Of a DNA stretch of 64,000 bases, positions 20,701 through 34,100 are shown in pieces. The translations under genes and the position numbers were made by a program. The notes beneath the pieces were generated by a model that saw only the letters and a list, made by a program, of their open reading frames with translations, was not told the DNA's origin and searched no databases. Position 1 is the stretch's first letter, and each line of letters starts with the position of its first letter. This DNA comes from Antedon mediterranea (taxonomy: Eukaryota > Animalia > Echinodermata). The stretch covers positions 8,161,888-8,225,887 of the forward strand of contig NC_092676.1 of NCBI RefSeq assembly GCF_964355755.1. Reading direction: 5' to 3'.

Positions 20701-23700
20701 TTTCAAACAAAAAAAATTATAATAATTCCACGTGTTCAAATTAGTAAGATATTGATACAACCTGGACACGTTAATTGAATTTTCTATTTCTTAAAGGTGG
20801 AGAACATTATTGCGCGCGTTGTCTAAATCTGTGCGTTAATCACGGAAGAGTTCCTAAAAACGTCGACCGTTCAAGCGTGGTGTTGTCGTTGTCACTCTGG
20901 CAACACGTTGGAAACACGTCCAGAGTAACCACAGGGATATAAATAATACATCCTTACTTGTAAATTATATTCTAGAAAAAGATAAGGTCATTGAATTTTA
21001 CAAGCAAATTGATTATAGAAATTATTCTTATTCTTAATCAAGATTAAGTTAATAGTAAGCACGTCATACATTCAATCAACCGGAAGTGAATGTTTTGACC
21101 TTTCCTTTTTTTTAAATCACACGATGATTTGGTAGCGTTTGGTGCGGGGTTTAAGATGTAATTTCAATATTGGGGGCGGTGGTGTTATGCCAATCACTCC
21201 CCTAATGACAGTAGTATTAGGTGTCGGGGTGGGTTGGTTTAGGAGGCGGAAGTATGTAGCTTAACCCTAATAATGTAGCAATGACCCACACACATGTTAA
21301 TACATTTTAACTTATAGCAAAATTTAAAATACTAGAGAGTGAACTCATAGTCGCTCGATAGAAATATAGAAATTATCGTAATAGGTGAAAACTAATGTTA
21401 TCAAATTTACATTTCACGGTATCCTCTGAGATAGATCAGGTAGGTATCCAAGGTAGAGATTTGTCCCGAAATTTTTCCCTTGTGCTCGCCTATGTCAGAA
21501 TTAACCATAATTTATATATATAGATAAAAAAAGGTTCTATTTCTAGAAGGAATTTTGGTTGAGTCACAAAAACATTCTTACTGAATTATGGATGACGTAC
21601 TGCTGATTTATACCTATTGTAATACTTCAAAAATTAGGATGATTGGGTTGTAAACAACACTAAAGGCTAATGCTATTACTAAATACCGCGGGTCGATTAC
21701 CTTTCTAATAGAGGCATTCTAAGACCGAGAACACATACTTATCAACTTAACCGAAGTCAATTATTTACCTTTTGTATCTCAACACAATACAAAATGTAAT
21801 TATAAACAGCGATCAATATACATTTACCGTACGGCATTGATCATTTCTTTATTTGTATTGTCGTATTTGATTTGTTATTATGAAAAATGAAGTATGCTAA
21901 GGTGCTAACACAATTAGAAATGTTGTATAATCGAATAAATCAGTGTTTCATGTTGTTACCAAACAGGTTGATGAACCATGATGTCAATTGAGATATAACG
22001 TCATATAAATAAAATAAAAAGATACATCGAATAAAACGCATGATATTATTATGGAAATTGTTTAGAATATTTAAAAAAGTTTTTCCAAAGCTCTATCTAC
22101 ACAATCTTTCTGTGACAAAGAAAATGTGATAGGCCCATATATGGACACGATGACGTCATATCACTAACCATATTTGGGCTCATCACAGTTTGTTTTGTCA
22201 AATTAGTTTGATAGTGTAGACAGAGTAGATTTAGAGAAACACACCTATTCAATGGACTATTAAGGGAACATTTTTATCCGTACGTTACAAAAACTAAATG
22301 ATAATACGCATGCGCATTAGTAAATCGGTTAGTGAGAATAAGTAAGTGGAAAACCGACTTTATCTAGCGTGTGAACGCGCTTGCGTTAAAACTACAGTAC
22401 GTTACGTCTTACGATCAAACATTATTACACCTTTGTATGAAATCTGGAATGCGTTAGTGTGAACGATTCTATTATTAAACACGTCACACATTTTCATGAT
22501 GTTCCATCCGGTCACAGCAATTCCGGCTCAGTGTGAACGGAGCTTTAATCATATATCTTTTAATGGTGTCACGGATAAAAATATTTCCATTGGAAAAGAT
22601 GAGTAAATAAAGATGAGAGCAAAATGATTCTGAACATGTAGGCTGACAAATATCCATAATGTAAAAGTGAACACTGTTGCGTATGAAATTACTTGACTGT
22701 AACTAGTGTAGTATTGATAATAATCTCTGAGGCTAATTCATACTCTTAAAAGATAAAAACGTGCAATAAATGTTGAATGCAACAATACGTCGTCACTTCA
22801 GTAAATATTTAATCGGAATGATTGACAATAAAATGCACAAACCAAAACAAGTCAGCTAATCACTCTAGATGTTATTATTAACTTGAAATTATTCGGAAAA
22901 TTGTCAGTGACGTCACAGTGAAAAAAAGTGCTGTAGTATATAGTTCATTGAGGCCCTAAATGGTAGTACATTGTTTTATTTTTTATTTTTTTATTTAGAT
23001 TTTTGTCTGAAATACTTCACAAGCTCAAGTAGTATACGTATGAAACGCAATATATGACAAAATAATTATCCTTTTACTACTATTAAGTCAAAACCCAGAC
23101 TAACTAGAACTGTGAGAAAGCATTTATATCAACCTCACGTTGCCACATTTTAAATTTGTTTGTATGATTAAAATTGTAATTATTTGTAACTACTGTGGAG
23201 TAGATTTGCGTCAGGGTGTTGAGTAATTGGTCAGATGTTTTGCCCTACTCTAACCCCAACTATCAGAGCAAGCTTAGTGGCCTAGAGGTATGGACGCCAG
23301 ACTTGTAATCTAGAGAATTACTTGCTAATTTGTTCGCACGTATTATCAATGTACTTAGTATAAAGTACAAATTACGTCAGAATTGGGCAAAAAATATGAC
23401 CAATTGTAATTAAAAATCAAAGCTTTTTAGAAAATGATACCACAATGTGACTTGCAGTTTTGCAACATTGACACTTACAGTGTAAATCGTCATTTCTTTG
23501 TATTAATAATCTTGGATTATTATAGAAACGATAAATGATAATAAAGTACTTTCTCGTGAAAATTATAACAACAATACGCACACTTGCTCTTGACCATATC
23601 CTATAATGGAAGAGATACAGGAGGCGTGCTATACAAAACACAATATTGGTCAAGTTGAAATCTAATGGGCACTTAAAGCATATGTTTCATAAATAAAACA

Positions 23701-23764
23701 ATAACTTCTAACTACTCGATGAAAATAAAATTATAGAAAAAATAGGTTGATTGCCTTCGTTTTG

Positions 23765-23848
23765 ATATAAAAGGAGCACCAGTTATCAGACGATCGTTAC
23801 TTAAGTTCAACGATTCATCCACGTTCTTGGTAAATATACCAACATTGG
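23765..23848 (+). promoter_or_regulatory. TATA box and probable short non-coding first exon of the lectin gene
   Basis: TATAAAAG at about 23766-23773, then a short segment ending in donor TTG|GTAAAT near 23848. The acceptor ttttag lies just before the ATG at 24003. Confidence 0.45.
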
Positions 23849-24002
23849 TAAATATATTTTTATTTTCTTTCTTTACTGTATATTTTGACTTTTATGATTT
23901 ATAGTTTTACGAGCATTAATGGAATGATGCTCACATTATGTCGTAAATACATGGATGCTGTCATTTATATTATTTATTTTCATCTATTATTGATTTTAGA
24001 AT

Positions 24003-26801
24003 ATGGCTTTGAAATCTATTATCCTCCTCTGTTGCTTCATCGTTGCTGCACACGCCACAGGCACTCCTCGTTCAGTGGTAAAAGGTACTGCTATATATTA
24101 ATTGTATTATTAGAATAGCTAAAATAATTGTAACCATAAACATACTATGGTTTAGAATTGAGGATCAATTGAACTTGCATATACCGTAAAACCTCGAAAA
24201 GAAGCCCATGTGCTTCTTAATTGTTTGGGTCTCCTGGATGGGCAAAGGTTTTTTTATTCGAGATGTGCTTCTTTTTCGAGGTTTGATATCAGAACAACCT
24301 CAGTGTTCAAATGGTAGTAAATAGGCTGCCGAAGTTACTTGGGTGAAAATTTGTTATCTCGTAATAGTGAATCGTTATAATTCAATATGATTCAATTTTG
24401 TAAAACCAAACAATTAACTATAACTAAACATATGCTCTGAAAAATAACAATGCTGGGCATGCATGTCAGTTGACGGGAGTGCTATTGTTAGCCTATTGCA
24501 TGCAATGGGAGGTTAAAGTTAGAATTGGTAAACACTTCCTAACTTGGTTTATAGGCCTAAAACATAATTTTCAAATAAATTATACTCACCGTTTTGGAGT
24601 TCAGCTGAAACAACTTCACACAACTGTCTAGTTCTCTGCATGTGTTATTCACATTTACAAAGTACAGTTTCCCTCTGCGGAAGCCTTATCTATTATTTGT
24701 ATTTTTACGAGGCAAATAAACAACAAACAATCAAACAACAAACAAACAAACCGTCACGTACATTATGTCCATTCTTTTTATTTATGCCTTTTGCAATACT
24801 GTATCATACGTGAAAACACATATAACTTACAAGCGTCGTCGTTTATATGGAAAATGGTGAATAATCCCCTACGCAAAAAAATGCACGTACGAACGAATAC
24901 TAATCTTTTTATTGAATAAAATACTGAACAAATGAATGATTGAGTGCGCGCGCATGCATAGGCCTACAGTAATTTCTGATTACAGATCCAGATTAGCCAC
25001 TAGTGCAGTAACTGATCCTTCCAAACACTTGTAAATGTGCACATAAAACATACGCACCTGTTACTTAGTACATGACATGCCAAACAATTAATATAATCAT
25101 TACACTTATTTTAAAACTCTCTTTTCAGTAACAAAGTGTGAACATCAACAGATTGATATTCGCTGTGGAAATAAAGAAATTAATATTTTGTATGCTCGCT
25201 ACGGATCACCAATAGGTGGAGATTGTGGAAGCCCACACGTCTATGGCAAACCTACTCGGGGATGCGAGTCTGCAAAGTCTCTACAAGTTGTGCGCAAAGA
25301 GTGCCAAGGCAAGAAGGACTGCTGGGTAAAAGCTAAAAATTCTGTTTTTGGAGATCCATGTGTTGGAGTCTTTAAATCGCTCACTATTCACTACGCATGC
25401 GTAGATTATGAAATCGGTAAGTGTTTCCTTTCATTTCAAAATTTTCAGGCACTTTACAGACCTCCCTATTTTAACTGGATACGTGCCACAAGTTATAGTT
25501 GTTTAGCTAAATTAAAGCTCCTGGTAGACATTTGAGCTATACTATAACACTTTGCATTATTGGAACAGGCATATTACATGCAAGATCCGAACTGTTAGCC
25601 ACACAAACGTAGGCCTACCGAGCATTTCCAGCGGGATATCTGTGTTGGTTGCGTCGCTTCTTCTCAATTAACTTTGTTGCGTTACGCTTGTCGTACATAA
25701 TATTTTAAAGTACATACTATAATTTATGTTTTTATTTATTTTGTAGTCGGGGCTTGTGAAGGAAAGCAAATAGATATCCGTTGTGGTGCTGGTAAAACGA
25801 TAAACGTTCTCTATGCTATTTATGGCGCCAACTTTGGTAGTCTGTGTACCAACAGCTTCGATCCATGGAAACCAATTTGCTCAGCCAGACGATCATTTGA
25901 TGTAGTAAGGAACCAGTGTCAAGGAAAGCGAAACTGTTGGGTGAAAGCAAAGAACAACATCTTCGACAGGAACTGCCGTGGATCGTCTGCTCTGCAAGTT
26001 GAATACAGATGCGTCAGAGGAACAATCGGTAAGTTCAATTACGGGGCGTTTACTCGAATAAATATAGTATTCATACATGAATTTACGAATTAGGTAGTCA
26101 TCTCAAAACAAATAATGTCCCCTCAGCTGTGTTAAGTTAAATAACGAAGGAAAAGGCTTACTTCCACCATGGCTATCAAACTTTATTTGACAAAAAAAAA
26201 TGATGATGTGCCAATATATGGACAAGATGATTTTACTACCATATTTAATAATAGATAGATTTATATAGCGCAAATAAACGATGTTTATAATAATGAGCAC
26301 ATCACTACCATATTTGGGCACATCACACGTTTTTTGTCAAACTAGTATAATAGTGTAGACGGAGTTTTAAACCGTTTTACGATGCACTTTATTCCAATTT
26401 AACGCTTATCTAGCCTAGTCCAATAAACTTCCAGGCGTGAGCTTTCAAGTGTGAAAGCACCTTATACCATGAGTATTTTTGTATTCTTTGTTTACTTAGT
26501 GTTTGCTTGTGAAAACAAGCAAGTGGACATCCGTTGCCCATCTGGCACCACTATCAACATCCTGTCAGCATTCTATGGACGCAACAACCAGCAAGGATGC
26601 AGAAACCCAGTACAACAAACTCGCTTCGGCTTAACTCTCAGAAATGAGTGTAGCGCCACTAACGCACTTAGCGTAGCTAAGAGTAATTGCAATGGAAAAC
26701 ACAGTTGTTGGATAAAGGCCCATGATAGTATTTTCAACATTCCTTGCCAACGAGGCCCTTCTAAGCACTTGGAAGTAGAGTTTGAATGTAGAAAGCACTG
26801 A
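24003..26801 (+). CDS. Secreted SUEL-type (rhamnose/galactose-binding, Gal_Lectin) lectin with three tandem domains, 317 aa
   Basis: Exons 24003-24084 (signal peptide MALKSIILLCCFIVAAHATG), 25129-25416, 25747-26028 and 26500-26801, all joined by phase-1 introns. Each domain exon has the SUEL pattern CE...I.C....I.I..A.YG...C...C......C.GK..C.V.A....F..PC.....L...Y.C. AATAAA at 27025-27030. Confidence 0.92.
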
Positions 26802-28072
26802 ATAAGTTGTATATAACAAATGATCTGTTGCCTACCTCACCCTCCATTTCTAAGGTTCTCTAAAACGAGTAAGCCTAAGTATTCGTCTTCAGCTGATGTG
26901 ATAAATTAAACCACCAAAAGCCTTCAAAAACTGGCAAGGAATCATCATTTAGGGAGGGATACTAAAAGAGGTTGGCACCATAAAGTAACGCCAAAGCAAA
27001 AATTACTGATTTCTAAATAATTTGAATAAATACAAAATGATCAAAACAAAACAAAGGTTTTTAGAGTTTTGTTGTACTGTATATCTTTCCACTTTCAACT
27101 AAGGACGCAAAACAAGCACGACGTTAGACTTGCCCGAAGTGTGTACTTATTTCGAAGCTTTTCGATGTTTGTCTAAAATACAGGAGTTTACATGGTATAC
27201 GTATAAAACGCCATATGTGCCAAAATATGTATCTTTTTACTAATACTAAGTCAAAACTCCCCTGGCTAGTACGACGTGTGCTCATCACAAGTAAACTTGA
27301 TCAATCACAAGCGATGGCAGTAATTTTTGATGATCCATTTTATTGTGATTGGTCAAATTATTTTCTTTCCGGAAACCTACTTTAGTTGGTGTGATCGCAT
27401 CATTAGTAACATATCACTGAGGCACGCGGGTTTTCTACAATTGTCATCTCCACAAATCTGTGTTTTAAATGCCACGATTCGCCTCATTTCTGTCATAACA
27501 TATCACTACACGCGTCATGACTACTCTTAAGTTTTAAACAATGTCATGAAAATTCATAACAATACTGATTTTGAAAAAAAAAATAACGCACCTGCAATGA
27601 ACCCATTATCAGGAATTGTGATGCATTCGCTTTACCTAACAACCTTCACAAAATTCAATATGTAAATCGTAGAAATAATTCATACATTATATATACAAGT
27701 TGGGAACGTGTTATTTTATTTATTATAAACATCAAAATTGAATTGAACTCGTTCAAGTAAGAACTTAGCGCACGCAAGTCGATGCTTTTAAAAAATAAAA
27801 TAAAGATATAACTGAAGACAAAAACTATGAGGATTAATGTTGAATATAGAAAAATATGAAATGTATATCCGTTTGTAGAAAATTATTATATTGGCATTTA
27901 AAAAAAAAGAAATACTATCTACAGTAAAGCATGACTCTTAATCGTCTGTGTGACGTGACGTGACGTAACGTAAGTGGCGAGGTTTCGTTTCGAGGTAGAC
28001 GCTGGAGACGATAATGCACGTTCCACCCCTCGTCATGATGTTACCCGTCTCCGTCGTCTACCGTCCCAAAAC

Positions 28073-28256
28073 CAGTGGCGTAACGCAGAGGCCTGAGGCC
28101 CCTGGCTTAGGAACCTCAAGTGGCCCTCCAACGCTGGAGGCCTCGGGTGTTTTTAGCCTTTTTTTCGACACATTTTAATGCATCTGGACACTGCTGAGGG
28201 ACCCCTATAAGATCCATGGGTTTAGCCAGTGAACGCTCATAGCAGTTACGCCACTG
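28073..28256. mobile_element. hAT-like MITE with 8-bp TSD, nested in an older palindromic element
   Basis: TIRs CAGTGGCGTAAC...GTTACGCCACTG; flanks cccaaaac (28065-28072) and cccgaaac (28257-28264). Confidence 0.8.
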
Positions 28257-28291
28257 CCCGAAACGAAAGCTTGCCCCAAGCGACGCTCTTT

Positions 28292-28438
28292 AAGTTTGGT
28301 TACCACTAGGACGCACAACGCAAGTGAGCACACGGCGAATCACGACGCAATGGCCCATCCGAACTATCGCTTGTGATTAGGCAACTCACTTGCATTGCGC
28401 CTACGTCGTTGCGTTACATCCAAGTGGGTACCAAGCTA
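28292..28438. mobile_element. MITE family with TIR AGCTTGGTTCCCACTAG
   Basis: Degenerate inverted termini. Related copies at about 60136-60290 and a partial copy at 1-43. Confidence 0.6.
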
Positions 28439-29118
28439 TAGTGAATGATCTTTCTCAGTGAGAGAGCCATGTGTTAAACATAGAGCGCAGAGACACTCAA
28501 AGTTACGAGAATCAGCCACAGTCTTCTACTAAATAAACTTACGTTATAACCTACAGGGATATTGGAATGGATACATTTAACATTTATTATAACTTTTCTA
28601 AAGAAACCTAATCCTTTCAGATCTAACTCACCATCTTTCTGTTCTCATAGCGTCATTTGAAACGATTCGATTCCTGATCAAACTATTCATAACAGAATAT
28701 TTCATATTGAATTACATAGATTGTTCTTAATTATTCTAATAAAATATAGTTCTAATAGCCGGATAATCATGTTTTTTTTAAAAGTGCGGTATTAATAGAA
28801 AAACATATGTACAAAATTGACAGTTCATCTAGAACTGAGGTAAGGGTGTCAACAACACGTAGGCTTACGTACCTACGTACGACGGCCGTCGTTTGTGAAT
28901 GATGTCTCGGAATATCATATTTCATTTACATTTAAATTTGACAATTATTTAACAATGTACAGCAGACATTTGTAAATATCTATTTTTAAAAATTGATTGC
29001 GTCATGTCGATCTTCCCAAATAACAGTATGCGGCTTCTCAAATGAATATCCCGTATTACCCAAAATGGAATGAAAAAAAGTTGTAACTGAAAAAAATAAT
29101 TTGTAATTTAGGAAGAAT

Positions 29119-31142
29119 TTAAAAGAGATCTTTCATCATCCTTCGAAGATCGGCTTCTAGATCACGTTTGTTGATACTTTTTGGCAAGAAAGATGGACTA
29201 AACTTGGCTTCGGCGAAAAGAGTTTCCAAGTCAGCTCCAGATCCGGAGCCTTCCCCACTAGCGCCACTTTCATCCTCTCTGGGCTTAAACTGGTCGAACC
29301 AGATTTGTAAGTGGTAGAGGTATAGGTAAATTTCATAGGCCATACACTCGCAGTTTGGTGCTTGGCAACCATTAGGGTCTATTGGTCTCAAAAAGTTGCA
29401 ATATACACCGTAGTCGGGACAACTTCTTGGGGCAGCACAGTTGGAATCACGTGGGTCGGCTGTAAAGACAACATTATTTGAAATATTTAAACTTATTTAT
29501 ACATTAAACTACTATTCATATACTATTCTACTATTATTTAAGAGCAGCCTATATTGAAAAATGAGGGCGGCATTTATGATACCAAATAACAGTATAGAGT
29601 AGAACCATTCCTCTGGGACACCCCTGGGGGGGGGGGGGGTCTCTACCGTAATATTTTCACAAATATTATTACTGAAATTGTTTATTTAATTCTCATGCTT
29701 CCTCTCTATACCATATTGTCAAACAGGTCGATTGTATAATAATACAATTGGATAGACGAATTAAAAGTTAGTAGGCCTACTGTATCAAAACGTATCTACT
29801 TACGACATGGGTTACAATACCAACGATTTCGTCCTCCTTGGCAGATACTGAAAATTAAATTGACAGGTTTCTTTCGTTAAGATTGTAACAATTGTCATTA
29901 GTTGAATCATCAACACTGTCATCATGACTATTTCATTTTTATTGTCTGATTTCATGAATTTTTCGATGAATTACAATCCGCATCCGAATTTTCCCCCATA
30001 ACACCGCGTCATCTCTATCATCAATAACCGTAAAAGAATATTATCAATGTGTTAACTTACCACATGTTTCCACAGTTGCCTTCAACTGCCCGACCATAGC
30101 CATATTCCTGTCCTTCCCATAGACAAGATCGGGGATCTATAAAACAAAAGATATTGTTTGAAAAATATTATCAGAATTATTAGTGTATTATTGCCCATAA
30201 CATCAACAGTTCGTATTTTTTCTTAGCAATAATAAATTTATATAGCTGTAAAAATGTTATAACGCTTTCAGAACTAGATACCAGTATCAGTCAATGCACA
30301 CCAGTCGTCCGTTCATAAAAATATTGGACATTTTCTAGAAACGCACTAAGCAGTGGTTTTGATTGATCTTGGAGCGGTTGGTGAATTGAGGAAAAACATT
30401 ATGCAACATCAGAAAATAAAGCAAAGATAAGGGTATTTATCGTCCTTAAAAAAAGGAAATTCGGATTAGGCCTTCCACGGACCCACGGCAGCCAGCAGTG
30501 CAGTGCCTACCAGCTTGGACGAAACTGACCAATAGCGTGCAAGGGAGTTGACCAAAAGCAACAGTTTGGATGATACACATCAGTTGGTGATTGATAACAA
30601 TCCACTAGGATGTAGCGCAAGACGTAAGTAATTTGACGGCACGATAAAGCATTATCCATCGCAACGGGATTGGTTAAATTACTCAGAGTTGCGCTTACGC
30701 CCTGCGTTGCATACAAGTGGGGAAAAAGTTGGCATTACGCTAACTACATAATACATTGGTGTACACTTCACGCCATTGGTTTATAGATTAACAAGGCCAT
30801 ATACTTGGCTGCAGTCGCGTGCGCAAACTTGAGTTAGTGTTTACCGAGCAACCGACCAAACGACCGACCAACCGACCGACATAGTGAGCTATAGAGTCGC
30901 GTTTGCACGCGACTAACAACCGTAAATTTGACACTGTCTGGCGCACAAACACAAAGTAGAAAAGAATGGGGCCTAAACCTACTTACATCCACAGGTTCCT
31001 TCATATCGTACAGTGACATACTGATTGACTCGGGGTTCTTCACATACGGCTTTTAGTAATTCACAGTAATTATCGTATGTCACCTGATTTGTGCCGCAAA
31101 CGGGCGATCCATCGGACTCACAAACAGATGCACTTGCACAAT
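29119..31142 (-). CDS. Cys-rich extracellular protein: Kazal + VWC-like + antistasin-like domains with an acidic Ser-Gly tail (5' exon not identified)
   Basis: Exons 31142-30987 (CASASVCESDGSPVCGTNQVTYDNYCELLKAVCEEPRVNQYVTVRYEGTC, Kazal), 30136-30061 and 29847-29804 (CLWEGQEYGYGRAVEGNCGNMCICQGGRNRWYCNPC, VWC-like), and 29459-29119 (CAAPRSCPDYGVYCNFLRPIDPNGCQAPNCEC, antistasin-like, then EDESGASGEGSGSGAD...KRDLEADLRRMMKDLF*). Splice phases 1,2,1 are consistent. Confidence 0.8.
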
Positions 31143-34100
31143 CTACAAACAACATAAATAAACGTCATTAATTCTCATATATAATTTAACGTTAGTTTAA
31201 TGAAACGTTATTATACCGTTTTGGTACATTTCTGAAAAAAGGGGCAGTTTAGGTGCATTTTAGGTAAAAGTGGTATGGCCATTTAGGTAAAAGTGGTATA
31301 TGGCCATTTTGGAAAATGATAAAAGTAAATTTATGATTGGCCAACATTTTGTTTTTATGCAAATAAAAAACCTAGGTACTGTAGGTCTAAATGTGAATTT
31401 CATCTGGCTTTAAATTACAAAACTAGACAGCGGAACTTGAATGAGCGCAATGAATTTTTTTCTTTTTTGTGGGGAGTTCGCCCACTTTTATTTCTTGTAT
31501 AAAAATGCATAGTTTTGTAAATATCTTTTACAATATAATAATTTTATATGTAACGTTTTCATTAATATGTTTTTTCTTTGCTTATATTCTATGAAGATAT
31601 AACTTTTTTTTACACAAACATAATTATAATACACTTACAGTATATTTTAAACTCTAATAGGCATAAAAAAAATAATAATGTTAAATTAATAGAAATTTCT
31701 CACCAAGCGCAATGAAATATTAGAGTAAATTAAATTATATAATAAGGACATATTGCGGGTTGTAAATAGCACCCAGATTCTTATTTGGGCAGTCTTTATA
31801 TTAATTTAGCTGTATTAATTGAGTAAAACTCGGTCACAGAACCATTTTACTTTAAAAAAAGTAACAAACAGCTGCTGAATGAAATGAATCAGACAATACA
31901 ATACAAAACAAGAAGGAATTAAACTACTGTGCCGAGATTTAAACAGCAGAACAACGGAGGCAATTACAGCGAATTTAGGGATTTGAATCTGATCCCGGAA
32001 ACAAGTAAAGTTTAATATGACTATATGAGATCAAAGACCCATTGAGCTTTGCAGCCTATCGAAGACGTGGCATCGAAAATCAGGGGCGCGCAGACGATAA
32101 CTAAGAAATGGCGCATGCGCTATCATATAAATAGTAACCATTGGAGGTTAGGGTCAGTTGAAATTGGTTGGACGGAGATATTAAATAATTATATGTGTAT
32201 TTGAGATACCGATATTTGTTTTCATTTATAGGCAATAATAAGAGTTTGGACACCAGGGAACATCTGTTTAATAACTATATAACTGGAAGAGCCTTGGCCG
32301 GGCTTTAAGCCACAGTTGATCTTCTAGCCAACTCAAGGACCCGTATTTAGCTTCCCATAGTTTTACAGGCAATCCTCAAGGAAAACTTAAACTAAGACAT
32401 AAGGCCACCCTGGATATTGTATTATATATCATAAGATAGGATTACTGTTTGGTACAGACATTGTCACGTCATAATTGGGATAACAAAAATTGTAATTATT
32501 ATGCGGTAAATATCTAAGAGATTTTTATGAAAAGAAGTCCAGTCCTACATCAAAATTTCACAATCTCACATAAGTTTGTTAATATTCAAATGTAAGCCAA
32601 TGTCTCGCATATACAAGCTTACATATGTGCAATCGACGTTCTCAACTTTTATTACAACGAATCATTGTTGTAGGCCTATATATATTTGGTTATTCTATAT
32701 AACCTGAGAAGAGCAAACTAATAACTATTCTCCCCCTACTTATACAAAATTGAAGAATTTTAAAATGTCTGTAAAGAACGAACTTTTGGGTTTGGTTTTA
32801 TTTTGAGGTATAAAAAACCTAAAGGGTACTTTGCCAAAAGATTGAATCTGATTTTTAAATGCCATACAATTTTACGAATACAAGATTGACAACAAAAAAT
32901 GAAAATGTTAAAGCTAAAAGACTATTGAAAAAAAAAATTAACCTTTTGAATTTTATGAAAAGAGTGCATCTTTAAAGAATAAACTACGTCTAGTGTAGGC
33001 ATACATCAAGTTGTACATGGACTTGGAATACTGGGTACCATTGTTTTATTCAGCTAGCACGGCAGTCACTCAGCAGTAATGTAATTCACTGCAAACAGGA
33101 GCCTAGCTGGAAGTATCTTCCACATTAAAAGGTATTTTATAATACTGTCAACACTAATTTCAAATTGAATTATTATAACTATCTCTCGTTGTAACGAGGA
33201 TGTAGGACAAGGTAGTCAAACTCACTGGGAATAAATTTGAAGAAATTTCCACGAAATTACGTAATTTCATATCCACAATTATACCGTTGTTCAACACTCC
33301 ACAAGACGTTTAGCTTGTAGAACGTATATATTAAGTTACATTCCAATAGGCTAAAGTAAAGATTCTTAAACAGGTAATCAAAGTATTTAAGGTGTAATGT
33401 TGCTAAGATGTTCTTCCTGATATCAATTGTGACGTAGTAATATTGTTGTTATTTAAGACAAGATTATGACGACAATAATGACGATGATAATAATGATAGT
33501 TAGGCTAGTACTGTAGTAGTCGCGGTAGGCTTAATCAACGATTGGAAATGGCGGAAAATACTCAAACTGTACGAGAAATAAGAACATTTTCACTGTCAAG
33601 AATCCGGACAAATGGAAGCCTGGGAACACCTTAAAGGAGTAACACGAACACCTGTCACCCGACATGTTATCATGTCATTAAGTTGATATGTGCTATTAAC
33701 CCATTATAAGACAAGATATATTCACAGTTCGTCGTGAAGAACTCAAATGCCATAACACAAAGAACTATACTGTACCAATAAAAGTAGGCCTGTGTATGTG
33801 AAATTACATTAAAATATAAATGAATAAACCACATTTTTGTGTTGATAAAGTAGGAATAACATGGGTTCTGTAAGGGAAGTGGCTTAGTGTAGGCCTACTT
33901 TTGAAATTGTCGTAATTGAAAAGATAGATAGATGTTTATCGAACGATCAAATTGATTTTGCATAATTCAAGAAACCCACAGAAACCGCTTTCCATAAGCA
34001 ATTTACTTTTGCCGAGTAGTGAAACATCATTTCTTTACTGCATGCCATTTAAATAATAATTTGTAGATATGGTAGTTAGACGAGAAATAAAAAAACATCT

